This document shows positions 1 through 10,941 of a stretch of DNA of 64,000 nucleotides, one piece after another. This DNA is from an uncultured Nitrospinota bacterium (GTDB lineage: Bacteria; Tectomicrobia; Entotheonellia; J063; CAVPRW01). The stretch lies in contig CAVPRW010000018.1 in assembly GCA_963707985.1 (NCBI GenBank), positions 96,001-160,000 on the forward strand, in the 5' to 3' direction. The position numbers and the translations under genes are program-made. Numbering within the stretch: position 1 is the stretch's first letter; each line of letters opens with the position of its first letter. The notes beneath the pieces are model-generated. The model was not told the DNA's origin. It did no database searches and saw nothing but the letters and a program-made list of their open reading frames with translations.

Positions 1-33
1 GTATCTCACCCGCGGCTCTACGGGGCCTACCCA

Positions 34-121
34 GCCAAACATCACAGTGAAGCCGACGCGCAATAGCCTTCGCTCGTCCCTCTCTGCGGCTGTTACGCGC
101 GGCTCAGGTCCAGCGTTCCGC
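34..121 (+). repeat. attC-like hairpin repeat, family A (degenerate)
   Basis: GCCAAAC...AGCCGACGCGCAATAGCCTTCGCTC...GCTGTTACGCGCGGCTCA...GCGTTCCGC; internal palindrome; similar to 1131-1212, 50480-50513 and 54361-54449. Confidence 0.5.
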
Positions 122-134
122 GCGACTGCGGCGC

Positions 135-205
135 GCCGAATCGCGGCGCCGACTGCGTCCAGCACCTTGCCCCGCCGTGCTCGCGGGTCAGCGCCGCGAT
201 TCGGC
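135..205. repeat. 15-bp perfect inverted repeat (REP/attC-like hairpin)
   Basis: GCCGAATCGCGGCGC (135-149) and GCGCCGCGATTCGGC (191-205). Confidence 0.6.
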
Positions 206-226
206 CTCACTTTCAGAGGCATTAGT

Positions 227-703
227 GTGAAACCAACGGTATACATTGAAACAAGCGTCATTAGCTATCGGATAGCTCGACCAAGTCGTGATCTGATCGT
301 CGCGGCGCACCAGCAGATGACTCATGAATGGTGGGAGCGTGTCTTACCACAATGCGACGCCTTTGTTTCCCCGGTAGTTTTAGAGGAAATTGCGCACGGG
401 GACCCTGACGCCGCGCAACGACGTCAGCAGAGTGTCGCCGCTTTTCCTGTCGTCGAGGTTGTCCCAGAAGTCCATGCCCTTGCAGCGGCATACTTTGCTG
501 CCATTCCTCTGCCAGACAAGGCGCAGGCAGACGCCTATCACTCGGCGCTCGCGGCCTGGCATGGGCTCGATTATCTCGTGTCGTGGAATTGTACCCACAT
601 CGTCAGTGGCCGCGTACGTATGATCGTTGAAGAGATCAATGCGGAGTTTGGCATACGGACCCCAATCATCTGTACCCCCGAAGAACTCATGGAGGTCGCC
701 TAA
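227..703 (+). CDS. PIN-domain (VapC-like) toxin
   Basis: VYIETSVISY N-terminal motif, ADAYHxALA and DYLVSWNCTHI motifs; GTG start at 227 in the frame of ORF 47..703. Confidence 0.85.
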   Translation: MKPTVYIETSVISYRIARPSRDLIVAAHQQMTHEWWERVLPQCDAFVSPVVLEEIAHGDPDAAQRRQQSVAAFPVVEVVPEVHALAAAYFAAIPLPDKAQADAYHSALAAWHGLDYLVSWNCTHIVSGRVRMIVEEINAEFGIRTPIICTPEELMEVA

Positions 704-903
704 TGGGACAGGATCCTCTCCAAGAACTGCGTGAGATTCGTCGCCACATAGAACACGCCTGCGAGGAAAGAGGGCAAACCTATGCCGACTATCTCTCCCA
801 GGTGCAAGGCAAATATACCAAGCGGCTTGTGCGGCGTGGGCCAAAGCCACGTCTCAAGATGAAAGAGCCTCGCGTGGTGCACGAGGCGTCAGGCGAAGTG
901 TAA
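703..903 (+). CDS. small protein, probable antitoxin partner of the PIN toxin
   Basis: 66 aa, TAATG overlap with the PIN gene, DPLQELREIR motif typical of small partners downstream of this PIN type. Confidence 0.55.
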   Translation: MGQDPLQELREIRRHIEHACEERGQTYADYLSQVQGKYTKRLVRRGPKPRLKMKEPRVVHEASGEV

Positions 904-910
904 TAGCCAA

Positions 911-1027
911 GCCGAAGATATTGCGTAGACCGTTGTGTTTCTCTGCTTACCCCACAGTGACTTTATCACGGGGCAGATCCTGGCCGTGGATGGTGGTTTC
1001 TCCATTGCGGGCATCCAATGGAAATAG
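911..1027 (+). pseudogene. SDR oxidoreductase C-terminal remnant
   Basis: Translates EDIA*TVVFLC...FITGQILAVDGG. Confidence 0.55.
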
Positions 1028-1130
1028 AAGCAGGCGCGGCCGGGCGGTGGTAGGCGTCAGGCCCTCACCACGGCACTTCCCCAGATGGCCTGTCTGGAGG
1101 ACGGAGCCTAATGCCAGACACTCAGACCCC

Positions 1131-1212
1131 ACCGAACAAAGGCCTGGAGCTGACGGCTTACAGCGTCTGCTGCGCTCCCGCTTCCAGCCGCAGTTCAAGC
1201 CCGGCGTTAGGT
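1131..1212 (+). repeat. attC-like site, family A
   Basis: ACCGAAC...CTGGAGCTGACGGCT...AGCCGCAGTTCAAG...GTTAGGT: R''/R' boxes flanking an imperfect palindrome. Confidence 0.7.
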
Positions 1213-1292
1213 GGTTTTCCTCAACTGCTCAATTAATGATACATTGTGCAGCATGAAGGAGTGTCCAAACCAAGCGAAAGAATGCATGAGCC

Positions 1293-1742
1293 ATGAGGGT
1301 TCCCCATTTCTTTCAGACCAGTGAACAGACATGTGGAGCAACATGCTTGCGGATGCTTGGTGCTATGCTCGGTGTCGCACAAGACGAAGCAACGATTGCT
1401 CAGTACTGTGGGACAACCGAGCTTGGGTGTACTGTCCAGGATCTGGTCGTTGGCGCCCACGCCATAGGCTGACAGGGGGAGATATTTCCCGTCTTTGGCC
1501 GTCCTGCAGCCATCGAAACTCTGATGCAGCAAGTCCCCTTCGTCGCCATGATCGATGTAGCGAGTTTATATGGGACCACGCCGATGTTTCAGTGGCATTT
1601 TGTGGTGCCTTTGGCACTGCAACGAGATGTTCTAACGTTTCATGATCCCGCCGATGGGCCGGACCGTCGTGTGCCACGCGAAGATTTCCTGGCCGCGTGG
1701 GCGACGGCCGGGTATCGAGGAGTACGCGTATGGAGCCCATAG
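1293..1742 (+). pseudogene. C39-family (papain-like) cysteine peptidase with in-frame TGA at 1470-1472
   Basis: MRVPHFFQTSEQTCGATCLRM ... WHFVV ... FHDPA (Q-x5-C, H, D catalytic motifs) in one frame, one stop. Confidence 0.75.
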
Positions 1743-1972
1743 CCCGTGTCCGAGAGTTTCTGCTCGATAACATCGGTCATATGACCTATCCGGGGCAAGC
1801 ATCCTATGACCCTGCGTCGCACCACTGGTTTGTGCCGATCTACTGCCGTACCTCCCGCGGCTCTGTGGTCATCGGAGACATCGAAGTGGATCACCAGGGG
1901 CACATCCTCTTCGCCCCAAGTAGAGAGGAGATGCTGACCCGGCTTTCTCGCACGCCCGTTCCCACCACCTAG
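1730..1972 (+). CDS. small hypothetical protein coupled to the C39 peptidase
   Basis: 80 aa, GAGGAG RBS, overlaps the peptidase stop. Confidence 0.6.
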   Translation: MEPIARVREFLLDNIGHMTYPGQASYDPASHHWFVPIYCRTSRGSVVIGDIEVDHQGHILFAPSREEMLTRLSRTPVPTT

Positions 1973-2595
1973 CCCGGGCCTGGTCGCGCCAAGAGAAGCC
2001 CGCAGCGAGGGGAGTGGGGAAATCCCGTGAAACTCGCTGTGGTGACCCCGTGGGTGAGAGCAGTGGCGCAAGTCCCACCTGACGCACGCCTCGCCAGCCG
2101 GTCAGAAGCGCCCCCGACGTGCTCAACCAGTCATGGCGGCGTGGGGCGAGGGGGCGTGAGGTGACAGGCCGCGTGAGGGCGCCCCGACAGTGGTAGAGTG
2201 GTGGACCACCGGATCACCCTCCGCGGGATGGAGGGGAACGCCGACGGCTTGCATGCGCCGGAAGGCAGCAGTCCTGGGTGCGCGAGGGCGAGTGTAGAGG
2301 ACACCACCGGGGTCTGAGAGCGGGGCATGGCAGCAGAGGGGTCACTCGGGCACGAGGGACCACCGCAGGACGCCGAGACGGCGTCGTGGCAGTCGTCGCG
2401 GCGCGTCGTCCCGAGGGGCTGCGGGCTACCCCGGCCGGCCGGGACGGTGGGGAACTGCGGCCCACGGGACCCCCGGGAGGGCAGGCAACGCCGGGAGTCG
2501 ATGGGGTGCCCGCGGCGGCATAGGCGGAACCCCTGGAGGTGCACCTCACCGACCGGTACGCGCGCCGGCGGAGGGGGCGCTAGACGGCGCCGCCG

Positions 2596-3655
2596 GTGAA
2601 GCGGACGTGGCTCGACAAGGCGGAGGGCAGCCAACGACGGCTCGGGATGCCGGTGGGCGAGGACAACATCGTCCAGCGGGCGGTGACGAGGCTGGGGGGC
2701 GCGGGCTCTGCGCAGGACGTTCAGGACGGCGCCCCCGGCTGGCGGGAAGGCCACAGCCCGCACCAGGCGCGGCAGGCGTTGCGGGAGCAGGGCCTGGACG
2801 TGACCAGCGACTGGAGCGTGGAGGCCGAGGTGCGTGGAGGCTTCGACAATCTGGACCATGGCCTGTGACGCGACGTCATGCGGAAACGGGTCAAGGACGG
2901 GCGCCTACGGCGTCTCATCGGGACATGACGGCAGGCGGGCGGGCTGGACGGGGACACCCTCACGTACCCCGAGCAGGGCACCCCGCAGGGCGGCGGCGTC
3001 TCGCCCTTGTGGGCAACGCTCTGCTTGCACGAGGCCTTCGATGTGTGGCGGCAGAGGCACTCTCCTCAGGCCCCCGTCGAGCGTGTTGCGGAGGAGGTGA
3101 TCTGCCATGGCGCGCGCGGCTCAGGCCCAGGAGTTCCGGGTAGCCCTGGCGCGCCGCGTTGCCGACTGTGGGTTGGAACGGCATCCCCAGAAGCCGAAGA
3201 TCGGCTCCGGCAAGGACGATGCCCGACGCGGAACCTACCCCGAAGCGCACGGTGACTTCCTGGGCTACACGTGTCGGCCCCGGCGGTCGAAGCATCGGGG
3301 GGGGAAGGACGGCATCCACTTCAGCCCTGGTGTGAGTAACGCCGCGGCGAAGGCGATCCGCCAGGCGATTCGACGGTGGCAACGGCGGTGTCGGCTGGAC
3401 CAACAGCGCGACGATCTGGCGCGGATGTGCAATCTCATCATCCAAGGCTGGTTCACCTACTCCACGCGCTCCTACCAGTCGGCCCTGTACCGGACCCTCC
3501 AGCCCCTCGACCGGCCACTGGCCAGGTGGGCGATGGCACAAGACCAACGCGTGCGGCGACAGCGGCGGCGGGCACAGCACTGGGGGCGGCGTGTATCCCG
3601 GCGGCAGCCGGGACTGTTCGCACCCTGGCGCCTCTGGCATGCGGGGGCGGCACGA
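2596..3655 (+). pseudogene. ltrA: group II intron reverse transcriptase/maturase, heavily mutated
   Basis: RRLGMP..EDNIVQRAV, GGFDNLDH, GTPQGGGVSP, ERVAEEVICH (degenerate YADD), DFLGYT, N.IIQGW..Y; stops and frameshifts. Confidence 0.85.
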
Positions 3656-3656
3656 T

Positions 3657-3732
3657 ACGAGCCGGATGAGCCGAGAGGGTCACGTCCGGATCTGTGAGCG
3701 CGTGGGGGTGCGAGTCCCCCGCGCGACTCGAC
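3657..3732 (+). ncRNA. group II intron domains V and VI
   Basis: GAGCCGGATGAGCCGAGAGGGTCACGTCCGGATCTGTGAG...CCCCCGCGCGACTCGAC. Confidence 0.85.
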
Positions 3733-4290
3733 TCGTGTGCTTGGTGGAGGCCGATCCGCCACATGACTGGCTCCTCAAGGCAGTGGACCACCGGCTGCGG
3801 GAAGAGTTCGCCAAGCTCCACGTCGAGCTCAACGCAGAGAAGAGCCGCGTCGTCGACCTGGCACAGGGGGAGCGCTTCGGGTTCTTGGGCTATGACTTCC
3901 GCCGTGTTCGCCGTCTCAAAGGGGCATGGCGGCCGCACGACACGCCGAAGCTCACAAAACGTACGGCGGTGCTGCGGAAGCTCAAGGACATCTTCCGGCG
4001 CTTCCAGTCCCAACCCGTGGACCGGGTGGTGGACCTCATCAACCCGATCCTACGCGGCTGGGTGCCGTACGTTGCCGTCGGGCATTCGAGCCAGTGCTGC
4101 TCGTACGTGCGAGACTGGGTGGAGAAGAAGGTGCGACGGCACCTGATGCGTGCCCGGGCACTCCGGGGCTTCGGGTGGAAGAGGTGGAGTAGGCGATGGC
4201 TCTATGACGGGCTGGGCCTGTTCAACGGGTACCGCGTCCGTCGGCTCTTGCGCTCGCCGACAGCGCTCCCACCCCGCCAGGTCTCATCAC
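3733..4290 (+). pseudogene. C-terminal half of a second, different group II RT (post-YADD and maturase X domain)
   Basis: LVCLV...LREEFAKLHVELNAEKSRVV...FGFLGYDF...INPILRGWVPY. Confidence 0.8.
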
Positions 4291-4309
4291 CCTTGGTGCG
4301 AAGCGAGCA

Positions 4310-5165
4310 TGTCAGAGCACAATACAGCTTTGCTCTTCTGTATGGAGCGGGCCTTGGCGTACCACGGGACTATGAGCAAGCGTATTTCTAGTACAGCCTT
4401 GCGGCCGCCAATCTTCATGCGGGAAACGATCGCAACAACGCCTTGGAAATGATGACCTTGCTCGAACGTTACAGGGGTCGTTCTCAAGTGCTAACCGCAC
4501 AAGAGAAGGTTCGACAATGGGCTCCCAAGAAAGCAGCCACAGCGGGGGAACGGACGTCGTCGGAGGCCCTCGGGAGAGGCCAGCAGGGTCGGCAAACAAT
4601 AGGAGCAATCACGATGGGGTCGGGCTTCGTGGTGAATCCAGAAGGATACGTCATTACCAGCAACCATGTAGTGGAGGGCTGTTCGAAGGTCCACGTTAGC
4701 GGTGCGCGGGTACGCTTGGTCGCGCCAGACGCATCGAACGACCTTGCGCTGCTCAAATACGCCCAGTCATCAGTGACGGCCGCGACGTTCCGTGGCGGAC
4801 GATCGATTCGCCCGGGTGATCAGGCAGTCGTCGTTGGTTTTCCGCTGGCCAGACTTCTTTCTTCTCGCGCCCCTGTGACCACAGGGAATGTCGCTGCGCT
4901 AGTCGGACCCCGGAACAATGCCCGGCTGATCCAGATCACGGCCCCCGTCCAAGTCGGGAATAGTGGAGGACCCGTGCTTGACGAGTCCGGCCACGTGATC
5001 GGTGTGGTAGCGAGCAAGCTTGGCTGGATCGCGTTGCTCGCCGTCATTGGGGATATTCCTCAAAACGTGAACTTCGCGGTGAATGGACGGATGGTCCAGT
5101 CGTTCCTAGATGCGAACGGCATGAGCTACAACGTCAGCGAATCGCTGCTTACCTTGTCCCCGGCT
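4310..5165 (+). pseudogene. SEL1-repeat plus trypsin-like serine protease, truncated at both ends
   Basis: AQYSFALLYGAGLGVPRDYEQAYF*Y (SEL1); GSGFVV, ITSNHVV, NDLALL, GNSGGP; cut by IS3 at 5166. Confidence 0.75.
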
Positions 5166-6414
5166 TATAATGTACCCCGAAAACTGGACAGGTGAGGAAG
5201 CTAGCATGCTGTGTCAGTGGGAGAGTGAGGAGCTGAGGAGAGGGGAGATGTCGACACAGCGGCAACGGTCCAGCGCGGCGTTCAACGCTCGGGTCGCGTT
5301 GGACGCCATCAAGGGGCACAAAACGGTCCATGAGTGAGCCCGTATCGACGGGGTGCATCCCACGCAGATCACGCACGGGCAACATCAACGCCAACAGGCG
5401 GTACCGCAGCTTTTCTCCGCGCGTCGCGCCACGCGTGAGCACGACCAGGATGCCCTGCCAGCCCAGCTCTACCAACCAATCGGGCCACTCAAGGGGGAGT
5501 GGGAGTGGCGGAAAAAAAACGCTGGTCTTGTCTCCTGAGGCCAAACGGGAGTTGATCGAGCCCGAGCCGCCACCCCTCAGTATCGCCCGGCCATGTGACT
5601 TGGTGGGGTGATCGCGGTCGCGTGACTCCTAGAGCTCCGAAGGAGAGACGGCTGAGCATCTGCATGGCATGCGCTTGTGGGAGGCACAGGACACCCGGAC
5701 GCCCGTCTCTGGGGGACGCCGGATGACCGTGTGGCTGCGGCCGCAAGGCGACGCCGTGCATCCTCAACGGGTGGCGCGGCTGCTGCGCACCATGGGCTTG
5801 GAGACCATCGATCCCACGCCCCGACTGCGTGCCCCTCATCCGGCGCATCGGGTGTATCCGTTGGCGGCGGGGGGTGCCGATCACGCGGGTGCATCACGGC
5901 TGGAGTACGGCGATGACCTCTAGCCGGCGGCCTGGTGGGTTGGTCTATCTGGTCGCCGTCATCGCTTGGGTGCGTCGGTATGTGCGGTCATGGGCCGTCT
6001 CGATCACCAGGGATGGCGGCTGTTGTCTGGCGGCATTGGACCAGGCTCTGGGGGTCGCGCGGCCGGAGCGTTTTCACCGTGAGCACGGGGCACCGTTCAC
6101 CAGTGTCGACTTCACGGGGAGGTGCGAGACGGCAGGGATCAACATCAGCATGGATGGCCGTGGACGAGCGCTCGACCATGTCTTTGTGGAGCGTCTCTGG
6201 CGCACGGTGAAAGACGCGGAGGTGTCTTTGAAGGATGATGGGAGGCCGAGAGCGGCGCTCCAGGGATTCGAGCCGTTCTTTCACTTGTACAATCGGCTGC
6301 GCCCTCATCAGGCGTTCGGGTACCAGACACCAGTGACCGTATAGTTCGGTTCGTGCCTCTAGCCGACTCTCTTCATGCTCGTCTCAAATGGTCTTGACAA
6401 TGGGGTGCACCTCA
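5166..6414 (+). mobile_element. IS3-family element, degenerate copy 1
   Basis: Ends TATAATGTACCCCGAAAACTGGACA and TGGTCTTGACAATGGGGTGCACCTCA; A-run frameshift site ~5512; rve remnant MDGRGRALDHVFVERLWRTVK. Confidence 0.9.
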
Positions 6415-6496
6415 AACAGCGGTGTTTTGCAGCTCGGTGGTCAAGTCAGCAGTCGGAGGTGGGGCGGCCCCCGCCGCTGAGCATGGGCCGTTGAAC
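6415..6496 (+). repeat. right part of an attC-like site, family B, cut by IS3
   Basis: CAGCGGTGTTTTGCAGCTC...CCCCGCCGCTGAG...CGTTGAAC, similar to 53430-53508. Confidence 0.55.
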
Positions 6497-6686
6497 GAAA
6501 CCGCTACGCGGTAGGATGCCAATCGGCTCCGACGGCACCCCTTCTCTCTCTCCCCCTCTTTTGCGCGGCTGAGTGACTCCCTATGGGGCTGTGCGAGGAG
6601 ACCCCTGTCGAACGATCGTGGCCAACACGCACAGGAGGATCGCGATACCTGTTCGCAGACCGGCCACTTCGAGGGTTCCCCCCAAG

Positions 6687-7942
6687 TATAATTGCCCCCA
6701 GAAACCGGACCACTGGTTAAGGTGGAAAAAGGGTATGATGAACCCAGCCAGTGGAGGGTCAACGCGATGTCAACGAAACGCACCTGATACAGTGCCCAGT
6801 TGAAGTTTCAACTGGCTCTGGAAGCCGCGAAGGGGCTCAAGACGATCAACGAACTAGCCAGTGAGCACGGCGTGCATCCCACGCAGAGCAGTGAGTGGAA
6901 GCGCCAACTGCTGGCTGTGGGGGACACGCTCTTCAACCGTCACGAGGCCCGCCAGCACCGAGAGCAGCGGGCACAGGAGGTGGAGCACTATGAGCCAATT
7001 GGGCGCCTCAAGATGGAACTGGAGTGGTTGAAAAAAAAGTTGCCCGATTCAGCTGAGGCCAAACGTCTGATGATCGACGTGGACATTCCCCACATCAGCA
7101 TTCGCCGTCCATGTGACCTGCTCGGGTTCAACCGTTCGACGTTCTATGTTGCGCCCGCTACAGAATCCGAGGAGAACTTGCGGCTGATGCGGCTCATCGA
7201 CGAGCCATACACCAAGACGCCTGTTCACGGCTAGCCGCGAATGACCGCCCATGTGCGACGACTTGGCCTGCAGGTCAACCATACGCGGGTCCAGCGCCTG
7301 ATGCAGACGATGGGGTTACAGGCCATCTACCCCAAGCCACGCCCCAGCACTGCAGCCAAAGAGCATACGCTCTACCCGTATCTGCTGAACGCGGTGGTCC
7401 TGAGCCGCCCCAACCAGGTCTGGAGTGCGGACATCACGTATGTCCGTATGGCCCAGGGGTTCATGTATTTGGTCGCGATCATCGACTGGTAGAGCCGGTA
7501 TGTCCTCGCCTGGCAGCTGTCCAATACGCTGGAGCCCACTTTTTGCCTGGTGGCTCTCGAGAGGGCGCTGGGGCAAGGAGCGCCCATGATTTTCAATACC
7601 GATCAAGGGGTCCAGTTCACGAGCCTCGCCTTGACCGGCCGCTTGGCGCGGGCGGGGATTGCCATCAGGATGGATGGCCGGGGCCGTGCATTCGACCATA
7701 TCTTTAGTGAACGCCTATGGAGGTCCGTCACGTATGAAGACATTGACCTGCAAGACTCTACCACCGTCCCAGCGCTTGACGAGGGGCTCACACGCTACTT
7801 CCACTTCTATAACCATGACCGCCCTCATCAAAGCTTGGCCTATCGAACGCCCGCGCAGGCCCATTTGAAACAGCCGGAAGATCCTGTGAGCCGGCCACCT
7901 TATTTTTAGCCTTCTGTGGTCTTGACAATGGGGTCAATCATA
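6687..7942 (+). mobile_element. IS3-family element, degenerate copy 2
   Basis: Ends TATAATTGCCCCCAGAAACCGGACCA and TGGTCTTGACAATGGGGTCAATCATA; orfA LKMELEWLKKK with A8G; orfB WSADITY, DQGVQFTS, ERLWRSV with stops. Confidence 0.9.
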
Positions 7943-8845
7943 CTCAGATGGTTCAAAGTCACCATCGAAGATTCCCAACCGTTTCATCTTGGCGAGAACC
8001 TCGTCGCGGTACTTCTCATAGCCATCTTTAAAGACGCTAGAATGCTCAAAGGATCTAAGAGACCTGGGATTGTAGTCCAATGTTGTGTTGTACCCGTAAT
8101 CAATTATCTTCTGTGGCCAGATTTGATGGGGAGCATGATTTGCGCCAGGAGAGAAATACATCATCCAAGGTTTTTCAGGGGCGATCGCCGTCGTATCTTG
8201 GATAAACGAAATGGCCTTATCCACCAAGTCTTCCGATAGATGATAGCCGTTCTCCGTGTCATCCAAATCTGGTGCGTAGGGAGGCTCAATCAGATGATTA
8301 TCATAGACGAGATCCGGATACCATTGATCCGTTTCTCCCCCGAGAAATCCGTAATAGCGTTCAAACCCACGCCCGAGTGGCCAATTACGCTTGCTCGCCG
8401 CCATATTTGCTTCTTCTTCCGGCAGCAAATGCCACTTACCAAGAGCAAAGGTGGTATACCCTCGTTCGCCTAATACGGCTGGAATGAGGGCGTTTTCAAA
8501 GGGGATGCGACCATTAGATCCCGGGAAACCAGAGGTGGCTTCTTCAATGCAAGACATCCCGTTACTGGTCGCATTGCGTCCGTTTAATAGGGAGGAACGG
8601 GTGGGAGAACATAAGGCTGTGGTATGGAAGTTTGTATATACCAAACCCTTGTGAGCAATACGGCTCAGATTGGGCATCTTGATCTTGCCACCAAACATTT
8701 CCCAAGCACCGAAGCCGGTATCGTCAATCACGATGTAAAGAACGTTCGGTGAACCTTTTGGGGCTTTTGGTTCTGCGTATGGTTCCCAATCAGGGACAGA
8801 ATTCCGAATGTCGAGGCTGATCGTCCCATTGAACTGCTTGGTCAT
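7943..8845 (-). pseudogene. arylsulfatase, N-terminal part, truncated by IS3
   Basis: PNVLYIVIDD, CSPTR formylglycine motif, GKWH, GFERYYGF. Confidence 0.85.
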
Positions 8846-8890
8846 TAGCGTCTCCTTAAATGAGCATCCTAGAGACAACTTTAAAGCCAC

Positions 8891-9010
8891 TTTTCACGTG
8901 GCTCCTCCGCTCGCAGCCACGATGGCTGTGCACCCGTCCTGTCCGTGCGGGGCCAGCGGCAGGGCGGCACGCAGGGGGCGCTGCGGTCGGGGGAAAAGGC
9001 CGTGTGAATG
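8891..9010 (+). repeat. non-coding repeat, inverted relative of 10942-11113 (MITE/IS end?)
   Basis: CTCGCAGCC, CCGTCCTGTCCGT and GGGAAAAGGCCGTGTGAAT blocks match the reverse complement of 10942-11113. Confidence 0.6.
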
Positions 9011-9464
9011 TCCTCGACTTCCCAGGAGCGGTGTGGAGGTGGCACGCACGATCACCTGGGTTCTCCTCACCTGTTGACGATGACGATTCCAGGGAGGTCT
9101 GGCAGTCTTGGCTCATCGCTTAGAGAAGATAAGGCTTGGTCAAAAAAAGCACTATTGGACGTAAGTCCTATGCTCCTACGCCCAAAGATGATCATTGCTC
9201 GCCTGGCACCGGCACAGAGACGTGGGGTCGGCAGCCACAACGGTAGGGGTGTGAGGATGAATGGAACCGTTATGGAAAGCGTTCCGAACGGGCCAACGGG
9301 GGCATTTCCCTCAAGGAAAAGGCCAGTCCTTTGAACTCATCGCGTCCATGGAGGTTGATATGTTGCCAGGCCACCAGAGACACGTGTTTGAGGCACCCAG
9401 CTCCCCGATGATCGTCTATGCCTTCTTTATGAGCCAGTCAGTTGGAGAAGATAGTGGCGTTATC

Positions 9465-9731
9465 GTAGCTGAATATTCTCCCCCCTTCGCTGACGAGCCG
9501 GGGATTGAGTTTGCGCACGGGCTTGAGCATTCAGCCCTCATGGTACTGGCTTGGATGCTTGCATCCGTCGAGGGCTGTGCTGACCTTATCGTAGATATCC
9601 CGGTAACGCGGTGCGGACTGATACCCGAATACCTAGGGGAGGGCAAAATTCACCTCGTTGGTCCCGTGCGTATCCGTGGAGTGCACTTCGGGCTGGATGT
9701 CGGTGGTATTGTTGAACAGGATATCGAACAC
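9465..9731 (-). pseudogene. tnpA: Tn3-family transposase internal remnant
   Basis: Minus strand VFDILFNNTTDIQPEVHSTDTHGTNEVNFALP*VFGYQSAPRY (TDTHG motif). Confidence 0.8.
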
Positions 9732-10349
9732 CTATAGGAAATCTGCACCCTCTAGGGACGGGGTCGAGCTCTGAAGCATCACAAGAGCTATGCCCTAGCC
9801 TTGTACAAGATATCCGTGAGATTTTGACTCAAATCCTTGCCGCCGTCCATACAGACGTGGGATGCTTCTCCTGACCAGTCAACCCTGGGTGCGATTAAAC
9901 AACGGTACACAAACCGCCACAGATATTATCAATATGTAGCAGTATCAAAGAGATAAGAGGAAGTGATCGTCACACGGAGCGTTTCTACTGAGGCTTTTCT
10001 TTGATAAAATTCACGGACATTTCTACCACTTTTCTTATCGTTAAACCCCTGTTCTGGGGGTTTTCTTTGAATATTTCTGCCATTGTCTGAGCGTATGGCG
10101 GTTTACGTTCCTTTGTTTCACTCCACCCACGGTAGCGCGATGGTGGGGCACCACGACCGCATGGGCCTGCGTGATGACGAGCCTTCGCGGTCGTGGATTG
10201 CGTCGCACCCCTCGGCTGGATGCCGCGACCCGACGCTGGTAAAGACCGGCGGCGCCGGCTTGCTCTACTGCTTCGCGGTGAACTGCCCCTGCAACATATC
10301 GACCGGGGACGGCGAACGCCAAGCGCGCCATGACGGTTGTGGCGGGTGC

Positions 10350-10908
10350 TTAACGCTCCATGCCAGGCGCGCCGGCCGGCACGTCGTAGAAGGCGAGCGT
10401 CATCGAGACGCTGGTGTAAAAGCCCATCAGGGTGATCACGTCGGTGATGCCGACATGGCCGAGGGCTTCGACTGCGCGGTCATAGAGCCCCTTCGCCACC
10501 CAGCGTGCATTGGCGAGGCACGTCGCCATCTCGTAGACGACCTGCTCGCGTGTGTCGGAGAACGAGGTCGGCAGGCCCGAGAGTATCGCCTCGACCTTGT
10601 CGTTCGGCAGCCCGGCCGCCTTGCCAGCCCGTTCGTGCGCATTGGTCGGGTAGGCCGAATGCCATTTGCTGTTGATGATGCAGACGGCGATCTCGCGCTC
10701 GCGCTCGCTGAGCGAGTAGCCGGTGCGGAAATGCGCCCCGAGCGGCCCCATCACCTTCGCCAGCTTGGGGTTGTGCACATAGATTCTTGTTCGGGCCGGG
10801 CAGTCGGCCGCGCGTCTCGATCAGCGAGCGGTAGCCCTCCTGCTGCTCCGGCGTCATCTGATCATAGGGAATCTCGGCATAGCGTCCGAAAGTGGGTGTC
10901 TCGGCCAT
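10350..10908 (-). CDS. carboxymuconolactone decarboxylase/AhpD-like protein, +1 frameshift ~10785
   Basis: MAETPTFGRY...GPNK joins VHNPKLAK...LSEREREIAV...ITLMGFY. Confidence 0.75.
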
Positions 10909-10941
10909 TGGCTGTCTCCTGTGCTGAAGCGATCGGTTGAC

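Larger units (their letters stand above)
1983..3732 (+). mobile_element. decayed group II intron (ribozyme plus RT); 5' boundary approximate
   Basis: GC-rich domain I-III-like sequence 1983-2490, RT remnant, clear DV/DVI at the 3' end. Confidence 0.75.

Noticed and set aside
1470..1472. TGA as selenocysteine or recoding
   Set aside because: Not at a catalytic Cys position, no evident SECIS, and TGA ends many other genes here
2596..4290. RT as retron, DGR or defence RT
   Set aside because: DV/DVI and maturase motifs identify group II introns; no template/variable repeat pair or msr-msd seen
10083..10940. 285-aa plus-strand ORF
   Set aside because: Mostly antisense to the CMD gene; only a short N-terminal stretch (VGHHDRMG...GGAGLLYCFA) looks like a real gene remnant
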